From NCBI RefSeq assembly GCF_009834535.1, contig NC_045697.1, forward strand, positions 57,476,001-57,540,000: DNA of 64,000 nt. Direction: 5' to 3'. The position numbers and the translations under genes were made by a program. This document shows positions 39,125 to 51,200 of the stretch, piece after piece. Source of the stretch: Camelus ferus. Its lineage: Eukaryota. Numbering within the stretch: the stretch's first letter is position 1; each line of letters opens with the position of its first letter. The notes under the pieces are model-generated. The model searched no databases and was not told where the DNA came from. It saw only the letters and a program-made list of their open reading frames with translations.

Positions 39125-39781
39125 TGTTAGAGCAGGCAGATAGCTAGATATGAGCAGAGAAAGGGGGACACAGACCAAATGGCAGGAATTGGGCAGAAAG
39201 GAGGGGCACAGCCCAAATGCAGGAAACCACACATCATGTAAGCAGCAGGGATCCTTGGGCAGAGAAAGAAAAGCAGGAACCTTGAGGCTGATAAGGGATC
39301 ATGCTTTTTGGGATGACAAGTGGCCTGGAGAAGAACAAAGAAAGGTGAGAAAAGGCAGGAATTTCTAGTGTCCAAATGTAACCTTTGCTCATTATGCCCT
39401 CATTTCAATAAAATTAGCCTTGCAGATCAGAAGTACCCATCACGCACCAATGCCATGATACTTCTGATCCAGACTAAATAAGGACAAAAATCCCTCCTCC
39501 CTTTGGGAAGGTGGAGGTGGGATGATAATCAGGGAACACGACACCAAACCCTTTCCTCCTCAATGAATATTCTACCCATTCATTTTTACACCCTATGTAG
39601 CTAACTTGCTAAAGAAACTCAAGGCAGCTGCTCACCTGAGCCTGCCCACTCTCCCCTGAGAGTGTACTATCCATCCTTTAATAAATCCTCACTTTACCTT
39701 TTTTAACCTCTAAGTCTTGTCTCTGAATTCTTTCTGGGACGAGACAAGAACCTGGAACACCGGTTGCATCTATCGGCAACA
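39125..39781 (+). mobile_element. Solo LTR copy B (ERV1-type, 657 bp)
   Basis: About 96-97% identical to copy A by hand count; own TSD TTAA (39121-39124 / 39782-39785); AATAAA 39680-39685. Confidence 0.95.
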
Positions 39782-39929
39782 TTAAGACAAAAATATCAAC
39801 ACTATTTGACAAATTGACTACATGTCTCAATGGAGAAGGATGATAAAGATCAATGTTCAACTTTTACCTGGCTAATCGATGGACCATCATGTCATTCACT
39901 GAAATTAGGAATAATTCTTTTTTTTTTTT

Positions 39930-40620
39930 TGGCTACACCCCGGCAGTTATAAAAGTTCTGACAGTAAGGACCTTTCCAGGCTCTGCATCAGGAGTGCTGG
40001 TCGGGGGAATCGCTAACCCTAGGCCTTTGGCAGGCTCCGGTTCTATCTACACGGGCCTAGAGGGCTTGGAGGCCTGATAGCAGATGTCTGGGAGCAAATC
40101 ACGCATGTGCTTGCTGTGCACTTGACATCCACACTCCCAGGAATTGTTTCCTGCGTCTGAGCCCTTTAGGAATAGGCTGAGCCACAGGCAAAGACTGCTG
40201 GGGGACACACTGTGCCTTTAAGTACCTGCTGACTCTGAAACCCAGACACCTGTTCCCCTGAAGCCAGATCTCGCGGGATCTCGGAAGCCATTACAGGTCT
40301 GACGGGGCAACGAGGGATGAAAGCCGCCACGGAACTATGACTTCCATACAGGCCCCAGGTCCTTTAAAGACAGCAAAGCTATGAGCGACTATAATCACCT
40401 TCGCAGCTTCTTCATCAGTAGCACTTTTCGGGGAACTGCTGGCCCCAGGAAGACGGCCTAGTGGACGAGGACAGGCCGCTTCCCCACTGGCCCAGAGCGT
40501 CAGGCCTGCTAACCAGACCAGGGGCACCAGAACGAAGTGCGCATGCCCGTGTTTCCTGACTCAGCGTCTGGAAATCAGGTACCTGACGAGGAGGCTTTGG
40601 GAATGCAACAGTTGTCCTGC
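39930..40620. promoter_or_regulatory. CpG-rich promoter-like region
   Basis: Non-repeat GC/CpG-rich block with TCTCGCGGGA (40269), CGGAAG (40282), ACTATGACTTCCA (40334), TGCGCATGCCC (40538), TGACTCA (40557) and flanking splice-donor-like sites. Confidence 0.7.
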
Positions 40621-40629
40621 TGCTAGTAA

Positions 40630-40815
40630 TAGTAGCTACTGCTACTTCACAGTGATTGAGTGTTATGTGGCAGCCAACATAGCAGTAAGTCTTTCCTTCT
40701 TTTACAGATGAAGAAACTGAAATACAATGAGGTTAATCATGTGTAAAGCTATAAGACTAGTAACTAGTGGAGCAAGGGTTTAAACCCATAGTGATTTCAG
40801 AGTTTATACTCTGGT
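40630..40815 (-). mobile_element. MIR SINE
   Basis: ttttacagatgaagaaactgaaatacaatgaggtta...agtggagcaagggtttaaaccca. Confidence 0.8.
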
Positions 40816-41140
40816 AGTCTAATAAATCTGGTTTTAACAGAGTAAAAGTTTGATAGTACTTTTATATTCATTATACAGCTGTTTTTGTGCATCTAAAACT
40901 GAATAGGCAGTTCTAGAATAGATACATATTTTGGAAGTTCATCCAAATATGAAGGATTGAGTGAAGGAATGTGCATTTTTGTTAAGAGTTTGAGATTTAG
41001 TTTAAGACTTCCTGAGTTCAAATAATGATACTCATCTGTCTTTACTAAATCTGAAGGCATGGATTGAGTCTATATTTGGTGGCTGTTGAACAAATAAGCA
41101 GCTCTTGAGCAGATATTTCTCTTAAGGTAAATTCCAGAAA

Positions 41141-41174
<34 letters not shown>

Positions 41175-41299
41175 CTTCTACTGGAGAAAAGGAGCAAAAA
41201 AAGGGAGAAAACACGTTTTCATTCTGTATATTCTGAAATAAATGAAAAACAGGTATCTGAGTTAAGATTTGAAAAACTGTGTTTGTGTGCATGTTTGAA

Positions 41300-43020
41300 T
41301 CAAACTTCTTATTGTGGGATAATTATAGATCCTTATGCAGTTGTGAGAAATGATACAAAGACGTCTTGTGTTTCTTTACCTAGTTTCCAAATGGTAACAT
41401 CTTATAAAAATGTAGTACAGTATCAGAGTATTGAAATTGATATGGTCAAATACAGAATGTTTCCATCACCACAGGTCCCTCACCATGTCCTATAAGTCAC
41501 AGCCATTTGACCACACTGTGCCCTTAACTCCCTTAACCCCAGGTAGTCACTTATATGTTCTCCACTGTCTATAATTTTGTCATTTCAAGAATGTTACATA
41601 ATTAGAACCATATAGCATGTAACTTACTAGGAGGAAGGAAATAAGTTACCCTGCTTCTTAGTCACCTGAAAAAAAATGAATTTCTAATGGGAGACAGAGA
41701 ATGTGATATATACAGAAGATTTTATTAGTGAAGTAAAAAGGTAGTAACATACAGTACCTCCCTGCCCCCCCCCAACTGGAAGCAGGCCAATCCAAGAGAG
41801 GAAAAATAGCTGGCACTGCTCCCTTGTTTTTCCTGTTCTTATATCCTGGCTTAGGGGCATTTTCGTGATTGATTCCTGCCTCAGGTTTTTTGAGTGCTCA
41901 GGCTGATTGACAAATTACATTCCTTGTGCTCAGGCTGGTTGGAGGACAGCTTGTGTTCCTTGTGCTCTGGCATGCCCATCTCTTTCACTCATGCTCTTAC
42001 CCATGATGCACACAGAGAAACCTACCGGAGGGGGCTCCAACTGCAATGTTAATTACATTATAATGAGCATTGGGTCAAGTTAAGCTGGGTGCTTCTCTCT
42101 ATGCTGCAAAGCTGCAGCGTTTGATCCTAGCTGGCTTCTTTGTTGGCCCATATTTAAAGTAAAAGTTGAGGCCCCTTATCCTGATTTCAGGCCTACTGTT
42201 ATTTTCTAGGTTGCTCCCTCCCCCTTCTTCTCCCCTTGCCTGGTGCTCATTTCTAACTGCCTAACATAATCTTTCAGTGTTGGCTTTTTTCACTTTGTGC
42301 AATACTCTAGAAATTTATCCTGGCTAATGTGTTTATCAACAGTTTGATTGTTTTTATTGCTGGGCAGTATTCCAGGCTATGGAAGTACTACCGTTTGATT
42401 AACCATTCGCCTGTTGAAACAACTAGGTGGTTTCTAGCTTTTAGCTGTTTCAAATGAAGCTGCTGTAAAAACTGATATACAGGTTTCGGTGAGAACAAAA
42501 GTCTTAATTTCCCTGGAATAAATGCCCAGAACTGCAGTTGCTGGATTGTATGGTAGTTGAGTTGCATGTTTAATTTTTTTTCTTCAAAAAAAAATTGGCA
42601 AAAATTTTCTAAAGTGGCTGCACCATTTTTACATTCCCACTCAGTATTAGTGATCTGATTTCTCTGCATCCTTGATAGCATTTGGTGTTGACACTATTTT
42701 TTTACTTTAGCAACTCTGATAGGTTTTTAATTAGGATCTCCCTAATGGCTAACAATGTTAAACATTTTTTCCTGTACTTATTTGCCATCTCTGTATCAAT
42801 GAAATGTTTCTATAACTTTTGCACATTTCCCGTTTGGCCTAATTGGAATTTTTTAATTTCAATTTTTCTTTTTTTTTTGCTGTTGAGTTTTGAGAGTCTT
42901 TTTTTTTTTTTTTAATATACTCTAGACACTAGTCATTTGTCAGATATGTGGCTTGCAACATTTTTTCCTATTTTGTAGTTTGTCTTTTCATTCTTTTATC
43001 AGCATCTTTCACAGAGCAAA
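41300..43020 (-). mobile_element. Old L1M 3' end, interrupted by an LTR
   Basis: Antisense L1 3'UTR and ORF2 C-terminal sequence on both sides of 41624-42266. Confidence 0.8.
41624..42266 (-). mobile_element. Solo LTR nested in L1
   Basis: Minus strand starts TGTTAGGCAGTTAG; antisense AATAAA at ~41720; near-TSD TAAC/TAAT; L1 sequence rejoins across it. Confidence 0.75.
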
Positions 43021-44085
43021 ATTTAGAATGTTAGATCTTCTGTTGTTGTCCCAAAAGTCTTGTGGCTTTGTTCTTTATTTTTTTTTTCAGTCTTTTTTCA
43101 ATCCATTGTTTATTCTGGGTAGTTTGTAGTGTTCTATTTTCTGGTTCACTGATTCTTACCTCTGTCCTTTTCATTCTGCTTTTGATCCCATTAGTCGCTT
43201 TATTTCAGTTATGTGTGTTATTCAGCTCCAAAATTTCCATTTTAGTTCTTCATTATACCTTCTTTTTATTTTCTCTGACTTTCTTTCTCGAGGCTTTTTA
43301 TTTTTTCACTTGTTTTAAGTATGTTTCTAATTGTTCACTGAAGCATTTTTGTCATGGCTGCTTTAAAATCCTGATTAGATTTTTCTAACATCTCTGTCAT
43401 CTCAGTGTTCACATTGATTGTCTCTTTTTCAATTCAGTTTGAGATCTTCCTGGTTCTTGGTCTGACAAGTAATTTTCTATTGTAACCTTGACATTTTCAT
43501 ATTATGTTATGAGATTTTATTTTTATTTAAAATGTCTTTAAAAAAATTTTTTTCCCTGCTACTGCTCTAGCAGGAGAAAGGGGAACTCTAGCCTGTTATT
43601 AGCAAATGGGAAGGTATAAGCCCAGATTCCTCAGTAGGCCCCCATTATTGTCCCAGTGAGAAGGTTCTTACTACTGCAGGGTAAGAGTGAGAGTGTTGGG
43701 AGGAAATTAGCAGTCTATATATGTTGTAATAGCAAAACCCAAACAGGTGATTTTGATTATTGTTACTGACCAAACTGTGTTTTCTTTATAAGACTCTAAT
43801 GTAAGGCATTTCTTTAGGTTTGATAAATTAATATATACAAGAAGGCAAACTGGTAGTTGGGATATTCAGAAATAATGGATTATACCACCCATTAAAGAAT
43901 AGTATCCTAGGAGAGTTATGTTTTTTAATACTTTGTCCTGTCTGGGTAAGCCATATAAAACTCCTTAAATTCTTGTGTAATTTTAGAATGGTTTTTAAAA
44001 AATACTTTATTTAAATTCTAGTTCTTATATTATTTTAAATGCAAAATGAACCAATAACTATTCAGTAACATTTACTCAGTATTTT

Positions 44086-46085
44086 TGATGATTAGGTTTA
44101 TGTGTCACCTTGGCTAGGCTATAGTAACCAGTTCAGTTAAACAGTAATCTAGGTGTTGCTGTGAAGGTATGGTTTATAATACACATGGTTGATGTGTTAA
44201 AGTCCACGTTGTTAACATCTACAATCAGTTGACGCTAAGTAAAGGAAATGTGGGTGGGCCTCATCAGGTGAAAGGTTTTAGGAGCAAAATTGAGACTTCC
44301 CTGAGGAAGAAAAAATTCTTCCTCAAGACTGCCTCAGCAGAAAGGGAGAAGTAAAGCAAAGAGCATTTGGCAACTCTGTGGATGTTGGGTGAGTTTTGAG
44401 AGGAGTCAGGGAACTGAAACTATGCCATAAGATGGTGGGGGATGTTGAAGAGAGTGGATAAGAAGCAGAAAGGAGAATAGTGGGGGTCGGGGGAGAACAG
44501 GATTCTGGGAGAAAGTTGGGAAGGGGAAAGGTAGAGGTCCCCCTACTTAGCAGCTGGGATTGGACCTTTGTAAGGAAAAGTCTCTGTGGAAGTTTGCTCA
44601 GGGATATTGCTGTTTGCTGGGGTACAAAAATCACAACTTTGCTGGGAAAGTGGAGTCTGAGGGTTCTGCTGGGGGATGAGTGCCTGAGGGAGTGGGGCTC
44701 TGCAGAGATCTCTAGTCTGAGGAGTTAGAGCCCTGCTAGAAGATTACCTATGGGGGAACCAGCTGCTGTGGTTACCCGGGTATGAGGGAAAGGGAGGGGC
44801 TGTGTTGAGCAACCAGGGTCCGAGGGGAGCCAGGGTTAGAGGATGGGCTAGGACTCCACTAAGAGGGTGAATGAGAAAGGAGACTCAATGGAAGAGTCAA
44901 AAGTTTATTAGAAGACAGAGTTCTGTTTCTGCTTCTTTGGATGCAACAGTGAACATTTTCCCACAAAGAATCTCAGAAAAACTGCCAATAATGCAAAGTA
45001 GAATGTGAAGCTTGGGATGCCATATGCATTATGGTTGGGAATTTGAGCTTGAATTTAGCCAGATTTGAGTCCTCAGGACCTTTTCATGGCACTGTGGAAG
45101 ATTCTTTGTTTCTTTGAATTTCTGTAAGTTGAGGGGTAATAATACTACCTATGCTGTAGAGTTTTACAAAAATTTACAGTAAATTGATCAGCGCAACGCC
45201 CTGGCACATTGTAAGTACTTTAAAAAGTTGCTATTACTGAAGGAAGGAGTTCCTGTAATTTCCGTTCAACTCAGCTATAATTTATTTGGTTAGCAATTTA
45301 CTACTTTGAGCCAAAATTTTTAGCACTCATTCAAAACCTACATAGTACTATGTGAAAAGTGTTTGAAGCAAGGTACAATATAAAGCATGTAAAATAGGAC
45401 AGTTAAGGATTAAGTGAAGGTAAAGACATATATGGGCGATTAATTACATCATGAAGAGGGAAAATGGTTATCACAGTTAAACATTGAATTTTGGTCTGCA
45501 TTTCCAGATAAAAGAGGGGAAAGAGAAGACTATATATCATTCTCATTATATGAAAGAAATATTAATTTATTTTGAGAGAAAAATATATATTGTCAAATTA
45601 ATTTATTGCCAAGAATCATGATTCTTAATCTTGAGTAATGCACTATTATTTTTTAATGGAAAAACAAATTATTTTGATACTTAGCAGATACTTTTGAGAA
45701 TTCCATTTTAAGAAATTCTGATATACGAAATTAAAATCTATATAGTGAGCATGTATGTCATGCTGCTGAAATACACACTTAAAACCTGCTAGGACACCCT
45801 GTTAGGAGATGAGGGTCTGAAGGTACCAGGCTCTGTAAGGGGACCAAGGTGTGAGAGAACAAACACCTTGTAAGTATGAAAATGTATATGGTATATTTTT
45901 CCAAAGTAAAAAAATGGAAGAAGAAAAAACTGCAGCATCAGCTCCTACTAGAGAATTTTCTAGCATGCTGTCCTAGCCTGTAGTTTCAGACTTGCTAGGT
46001 CTCAAAATTGTGTCAGTGCCTTCAAATAAATCTCATTATAAATATTCTATTGGTTCTGTGTTTCTGGAGAAACTTGACTGATAAA
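44086..46085 (+). mobile_element. MLT2-like (ERV-L) LTR split by a 1.6-kb insertion (halves 44086-44332 and 45926-46085)
   Basis: tttatgtgtcaccttggctaggctata...ctaggtgttgctgtgaaggtat...cctcaagactgc | agcatcagctcc...ctattggttctgtgtttctggagaa. Confidence 0.8.
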
Positions 46086-46679
46086 ATATTATATAAAATT
46101 TTAGGTTTGTGCTATTGTATATATTTATACATTTTTAGATAAATATGTGAAAAACACAAACTTCATAACTTATTTTTTCTACATATTAATATACCAGATT
46201 TTGAAAATTGGTCTGTATGTTTAGTCAGAAGCATAGCAATCAATTAAATATGATATCTTTAGATTTCAAATCATGGACAGTATTTTTTAATTTTGGGTTA
46301 TTATGAGCTCCAAGATGTGTATTTTACCCTTGAATGTTGTCAAAGAGAGTATGTTTTTCATGATACATTAGAGACAAAGTACCACTGATTGAATAGATTA
46401 CATGTCTTATTTATTGGAGATACAGCTATTTCAATATGTGGTGCATTGAGTTTAATAAATGATATAGGTTAGATAGAGTCAGTGCATCTGAATCAGAAAG
46501 TATTATATCTTAACCAGAGGGTGACATAGCTATTTCAAGTATGATCATGCATAATTCATCTTTAGACAGTATTCAGTATACTTTATTCCATATTGTAAAA
46601 TATTTTTCTTATATGTTATAGAAACTTTCATGTTTGAACTCTTTCCATGTTTGATGTCTTAGGACAGTGTATGTATGTG

Positions 46680-46719
<40 letters not shown>

Positions 46720-47659
46720 ATATATCATATAAATTCTTACATTTTTATTTTGCTGTTTATTTCTATTTATCTCACCAACAGCATGTTGAAAAAACCAAAA
46801 AGGGAAATCAAGGAAAGTCTTTAGCTCAAAACTTTATTTAAAATATTGTAATATGTGAACAAATCAGAGCACACTTTAAAATTAAGTCTAATATGTTATG
46901 AAAAATAGAAAGCACATTAGAACCTAACCATATATTAATATAAAGTGGAAAACAGTGTAAGGCAAGTGCATCCCAGATCCTCTGAGAAAAAATATAAGGT
47001 ACATAATTACTGAAATAACCTTGTTTTTTGTTGACCTTACTGATGAGGCTATGCCAGGCATTCTGAGAATATTCTTTTGTCAAGAGATGGTATTGTCTTT
47101 CCTTTATTATAGACATATTCGGGAACAGTAATACCTTGGGTAGATAAAGGTATTAAGAAAGTATATGGTTAATAAAGAAATTTACTATCAAAAGATCTCG
47201 GCTAAATATATCATTATAAAAGAACTTACTGTCGCAAAGGAGGTTGAAAATTGAACAAATGGTAGGACAGTTCATTTATATACTGTAAGCAATTACCCTA
47301 AAACAATCAAATATGATTTAAGAATTATTAGAATCTAATGCTATTGGAATCTAATACTAAGCTTAAAATTAGGTTAAATGACAATTAAAAAGCAACAAAT
47401 TCATGGCACGTATTTACAATATTATTGATCTTTTGGTTCTAATTAATATAGAAAGCTACCAGCAGTAGGCAATTGTCCTACTTGAAGTTTGAAGAATTCT
47501 ATAAATGAAAGTGAAAATGAAGTTAACGATATTTACCATTTAGGCCATTTCTTGGAATAACAATTACCAGCATTCATTTAGCAGTTTTTAGTCTGAATAT
47601 CATCTACCCATATACAATCATATTCAGTTTTTATCCCTGTAAGGCAGTTTTAGTACAGC

Positions 47660-48255
47660 TTTTTTTAAATTGAAATGTAGTTGATGTACAATATTATATA
47701 AGTTACAGGTGTACAACATAATGAGTCACAATTTTTAATGGTTATATACTTCATTTATAGTTATTATTAGATATTGGCTGTATTTTGTGTGTTGCATAGT
47801 ATATCCTTTTAACATACTTATTTTATCCATAGTAGATTGTACCTCTTAATCCCCTACTCCTATCTTGTCCCTCCACTTCACTCTTTCCATTGGTAACCAC
47901 TAGTTTGTTCTCTGTATCTATGAATCTGTTTGCTTTTTGTTATATTCACCAGTTGGTTGTCTTTTTTAGATTTCACATGTAAGTGATATCATACAGTATT
48001 CTTTCTCTGTCTGACTTATTTCACTTAGTATAATACCCTCCAAGTCTTTCCATGTTTCTGCAAATGGCAAAATTTCATTTTTTATGGCTAAGTACTATTC
48101 CATTGTATGTATATGTGTGTGTATATATATATATCACATCTTTTTTATCCATTCATCTGTTGATGGACAGTTAGGCTGCTTACATGTCTTGTCAATTATA
48201 AATAATGCTACTCTGAACATTGGATTACATTATCTTTTTGAATTAATGTTTTTGT
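47660..48255 (-). mobile_element. 5'-truncated LINE-1 3' end
   Basis: Poly-T start and typical antisense L1 3'UTR (gacttatttcacttagtataataccctccaag, tccattcatctgttgatggaca). Confidence 0.9.
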
Positions 48256-51200
48256 AGCTTTACAGATGAGGCAATTTGGGTGGTTGTGGATGTGACCAGT
48301 GGTCAGTGGATTCCCTGGAAATTCAAAAAATGCTAGGCACTTTAAATACATAAGCTCATTTAATCTTTTCAACATTCATGTCATTAAGTATTATAATACA
48401 CATTTTATGGTTCAGAAAATACAATGTCAGAAATTTGTCAAATGTTATTTATCTACACGACCTAGTTTTAATTAGGTGTATGTATTAACTCTATGATCGT
48501 AGATAAATAAATAAATGGTTTCCAGGAGTTAAAGAATATAGTAAACAGAGGGAAACATAATTCCTATTTGCCATATTGCCATTCATTATGTGTCGGATTA
48601 TGAATTATTTTTTCCAAAGTAATTACTTCATGTTAGATGCCTTACATCCAATGAATTAATGAATAGATGAATTAATGAGTAAACAATAAATATATCAATA
48701 AGATATATAGGATAGACTAGGAATTATGAGATGACATTCTCTGGTATGTTTTTATTTCATAATATTCAAATATGTCTATTTGAATATGACCCATAATGCA
48801 TTATGCATTTTAAAGAGAGATTATGGTCTTTGTAAATGTCATTTTAGGGAAAAAAGTGTGGTAGCACTTTAAAATATTACTGGGTGAAATTTTGTAAAAG
48901 TTCACAAAGAAGCACTGGGTGGTATGGAACTTATATCTGCTCAAGGACATAGAGATCAAAAGCAGTTGGTTAATACTGAAAGGAATGATGCTCTGAGGAA
49001 AAAAATAATTCTAATAAAAATGGAAATGATGACCTACTACATTCCTATGCTTCTTCAGGCTACTGATCATCCTGCCATTGTATGCACCATCACTTTGCCA
49101 TTTATCATTGTAGGGTAGGCTGGAGAACATTTTCCAGCAGACTAGCAACTCTTCATATTGAGAAAGTTATAAGACGTACTTGCAAACTTCCTCTCTCATC
49201 TGCAGAAGTTACTTGCGTTTATCCATAAGGCAGGCATACGAGCGATATCCTGTGTTTTCTTTCCTTAATGAAAATTATGTGCATTTTGTCAGAATTTAAA
49301 ATAGCATGTGAAATTAAACTTCTGTATTTTTTAAACAAATAGAAAATTAATGTCATTAGAACAATCATAATGATGATAGCTTTTGTTTACATTTCTTTGA
49401 AAATTAATGTGCACAATGAATTGCACCAATTATTAGGGAGAATACTAAAATATTTTTAGAAAATTACATAGCAACACTTTAAGACACCTAATTTTCAGAA
49501 ATGCAGATGCAAGTGAGATTCTTAAATTATGTTCCCTATTTTTTTCAATATGAGGAAATTTTGAGATCAGTTAAAATTTTTGATTTGGAATTAATTTGTG
49601 CTAGTAATAATATTGTGGTGACTAGTAGTTTTGTGCCACCTTATAAACCTTAAATTGAATAAAGGTGATGTGGTATAAACACCACTTTTATGACAGAAAC
49701 TATATACTTAAAGATACTTTAGTTTAAAAATCTCTCAATGCTCTTCATAGCTTTGCCTGACTCATGTCTGATCTTATATAAGCATTGCCACTAGTGGCAT
49801 ACACTGAGGGATTTAAAAAGTCTCCATGGAAATTGTGACTAATGCATAAGTTAAATCACTCATGATTACTGCAAAATTTCCAAAAATACTTGACATGTCA
49901 AATTTATAACAACTTTATTTGAATACATAAAATATTTTTCCTTCGTGTTTGAAGATGTTGGGAAATACACTGAAATCTTCTTCAGAGTACAGAATTTGTA
50001 GAAGGATTATCAGAGAAGAAAAGGAGAAAAAAGTTTTAATAGAAGAGATAAATTTGCTGGGGAAGTGAAAGAATGAGTAAGCACCATAAATATATGTATA
50101 ATAATATGTACATTGTATAAAAATATAGATTAAACATATTAAAGTGTATTTTTATTTACTTATACATGTATTTAAGTTTAATGGTGTTATAAATGTAAGT
50201 TCCTTTAATGCCATTAATTCATCATATCTATCATTGAAAAAGACATGTTGGGCAAGAAATTTTAATTTGAACAGTACATTTTGTTGCCAAAAATAAAATA
50301 GTTTCCTCCATTTTCTATTATGGACATAACAATTCTCTACTACAAGTGGCAGGCAGAAAAAATAGAAGGAAATGTCAGGGATTTTAGCTTCTGTTTATTG
50401 AACATTTTATAAGTGTTATTTGAAATATGAGTGTCAGATAAGTTTGTGTTTAAATTCCAAAATTTTCTGTCTCTCATTATGTCCTTAACAATTTTAGTTT
50501 GAAAGAAAAAATTCTTCTTTTGAAAATACTAAAAATCAAAAGTGTTCATTTACAGAGTAAAAACATCACTAGACTGAAGAGACATTTTCTGAAGTCTGCG
50601 TGTGTAATATACGTTTGTGTGAACATGTGGGTGAGTGAAAAGGGAAGAGAGTGAAAGTGGTGATGGGAAAACATTGACATTCTACAGTAGGCAAAGCATG
50701 GAGCTATTTTTAACAAGTAGATTTTCTTTCCAAATCAAAAGGTACTAGATTATAAATGTGATGAGACTATCAGTGTGAGACTTGGCACAAGTGTGTGGAC
50801 TGAAAATTTCTAAGACTTATATGTTCTAGGTAAAACCTAAATATAGGACAGATATAGCTTCTTTGGAGAATCCCTGAAGTACACTTGGAACAACAAATAA
50901 GTTAATATGAAAAATTAACTTTTAAACTCCTATTGATGTTAGAAGCAGTAGGAGACAGAACCAATAAACAGTTCAATTTTCTTTCCAGGTAATTCTTTTT
51001 CTTTGATTTTTTGTTGGATTGTCATTTGCTCATCAGCCACAAGGCAGCAGTTGTTAATAGCCTGATGTATATACTTCCATAGCTTTCTATGTATTCTTAT
51101 AATCATAAACAGAATATATTAACACATAAATTGATTTTTGACATTTAAGAAAATAGGTCACACTTTATGCTATATCTACATATTGATTTTTCTTGCTTAA

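Noticed and set aside
35196..39781. Interpretation as one full-length provirus
   Set aside because: Each LTR has its own TSD, there is no PBS or PPT, and the spacer is much older unrelated repeat debris.
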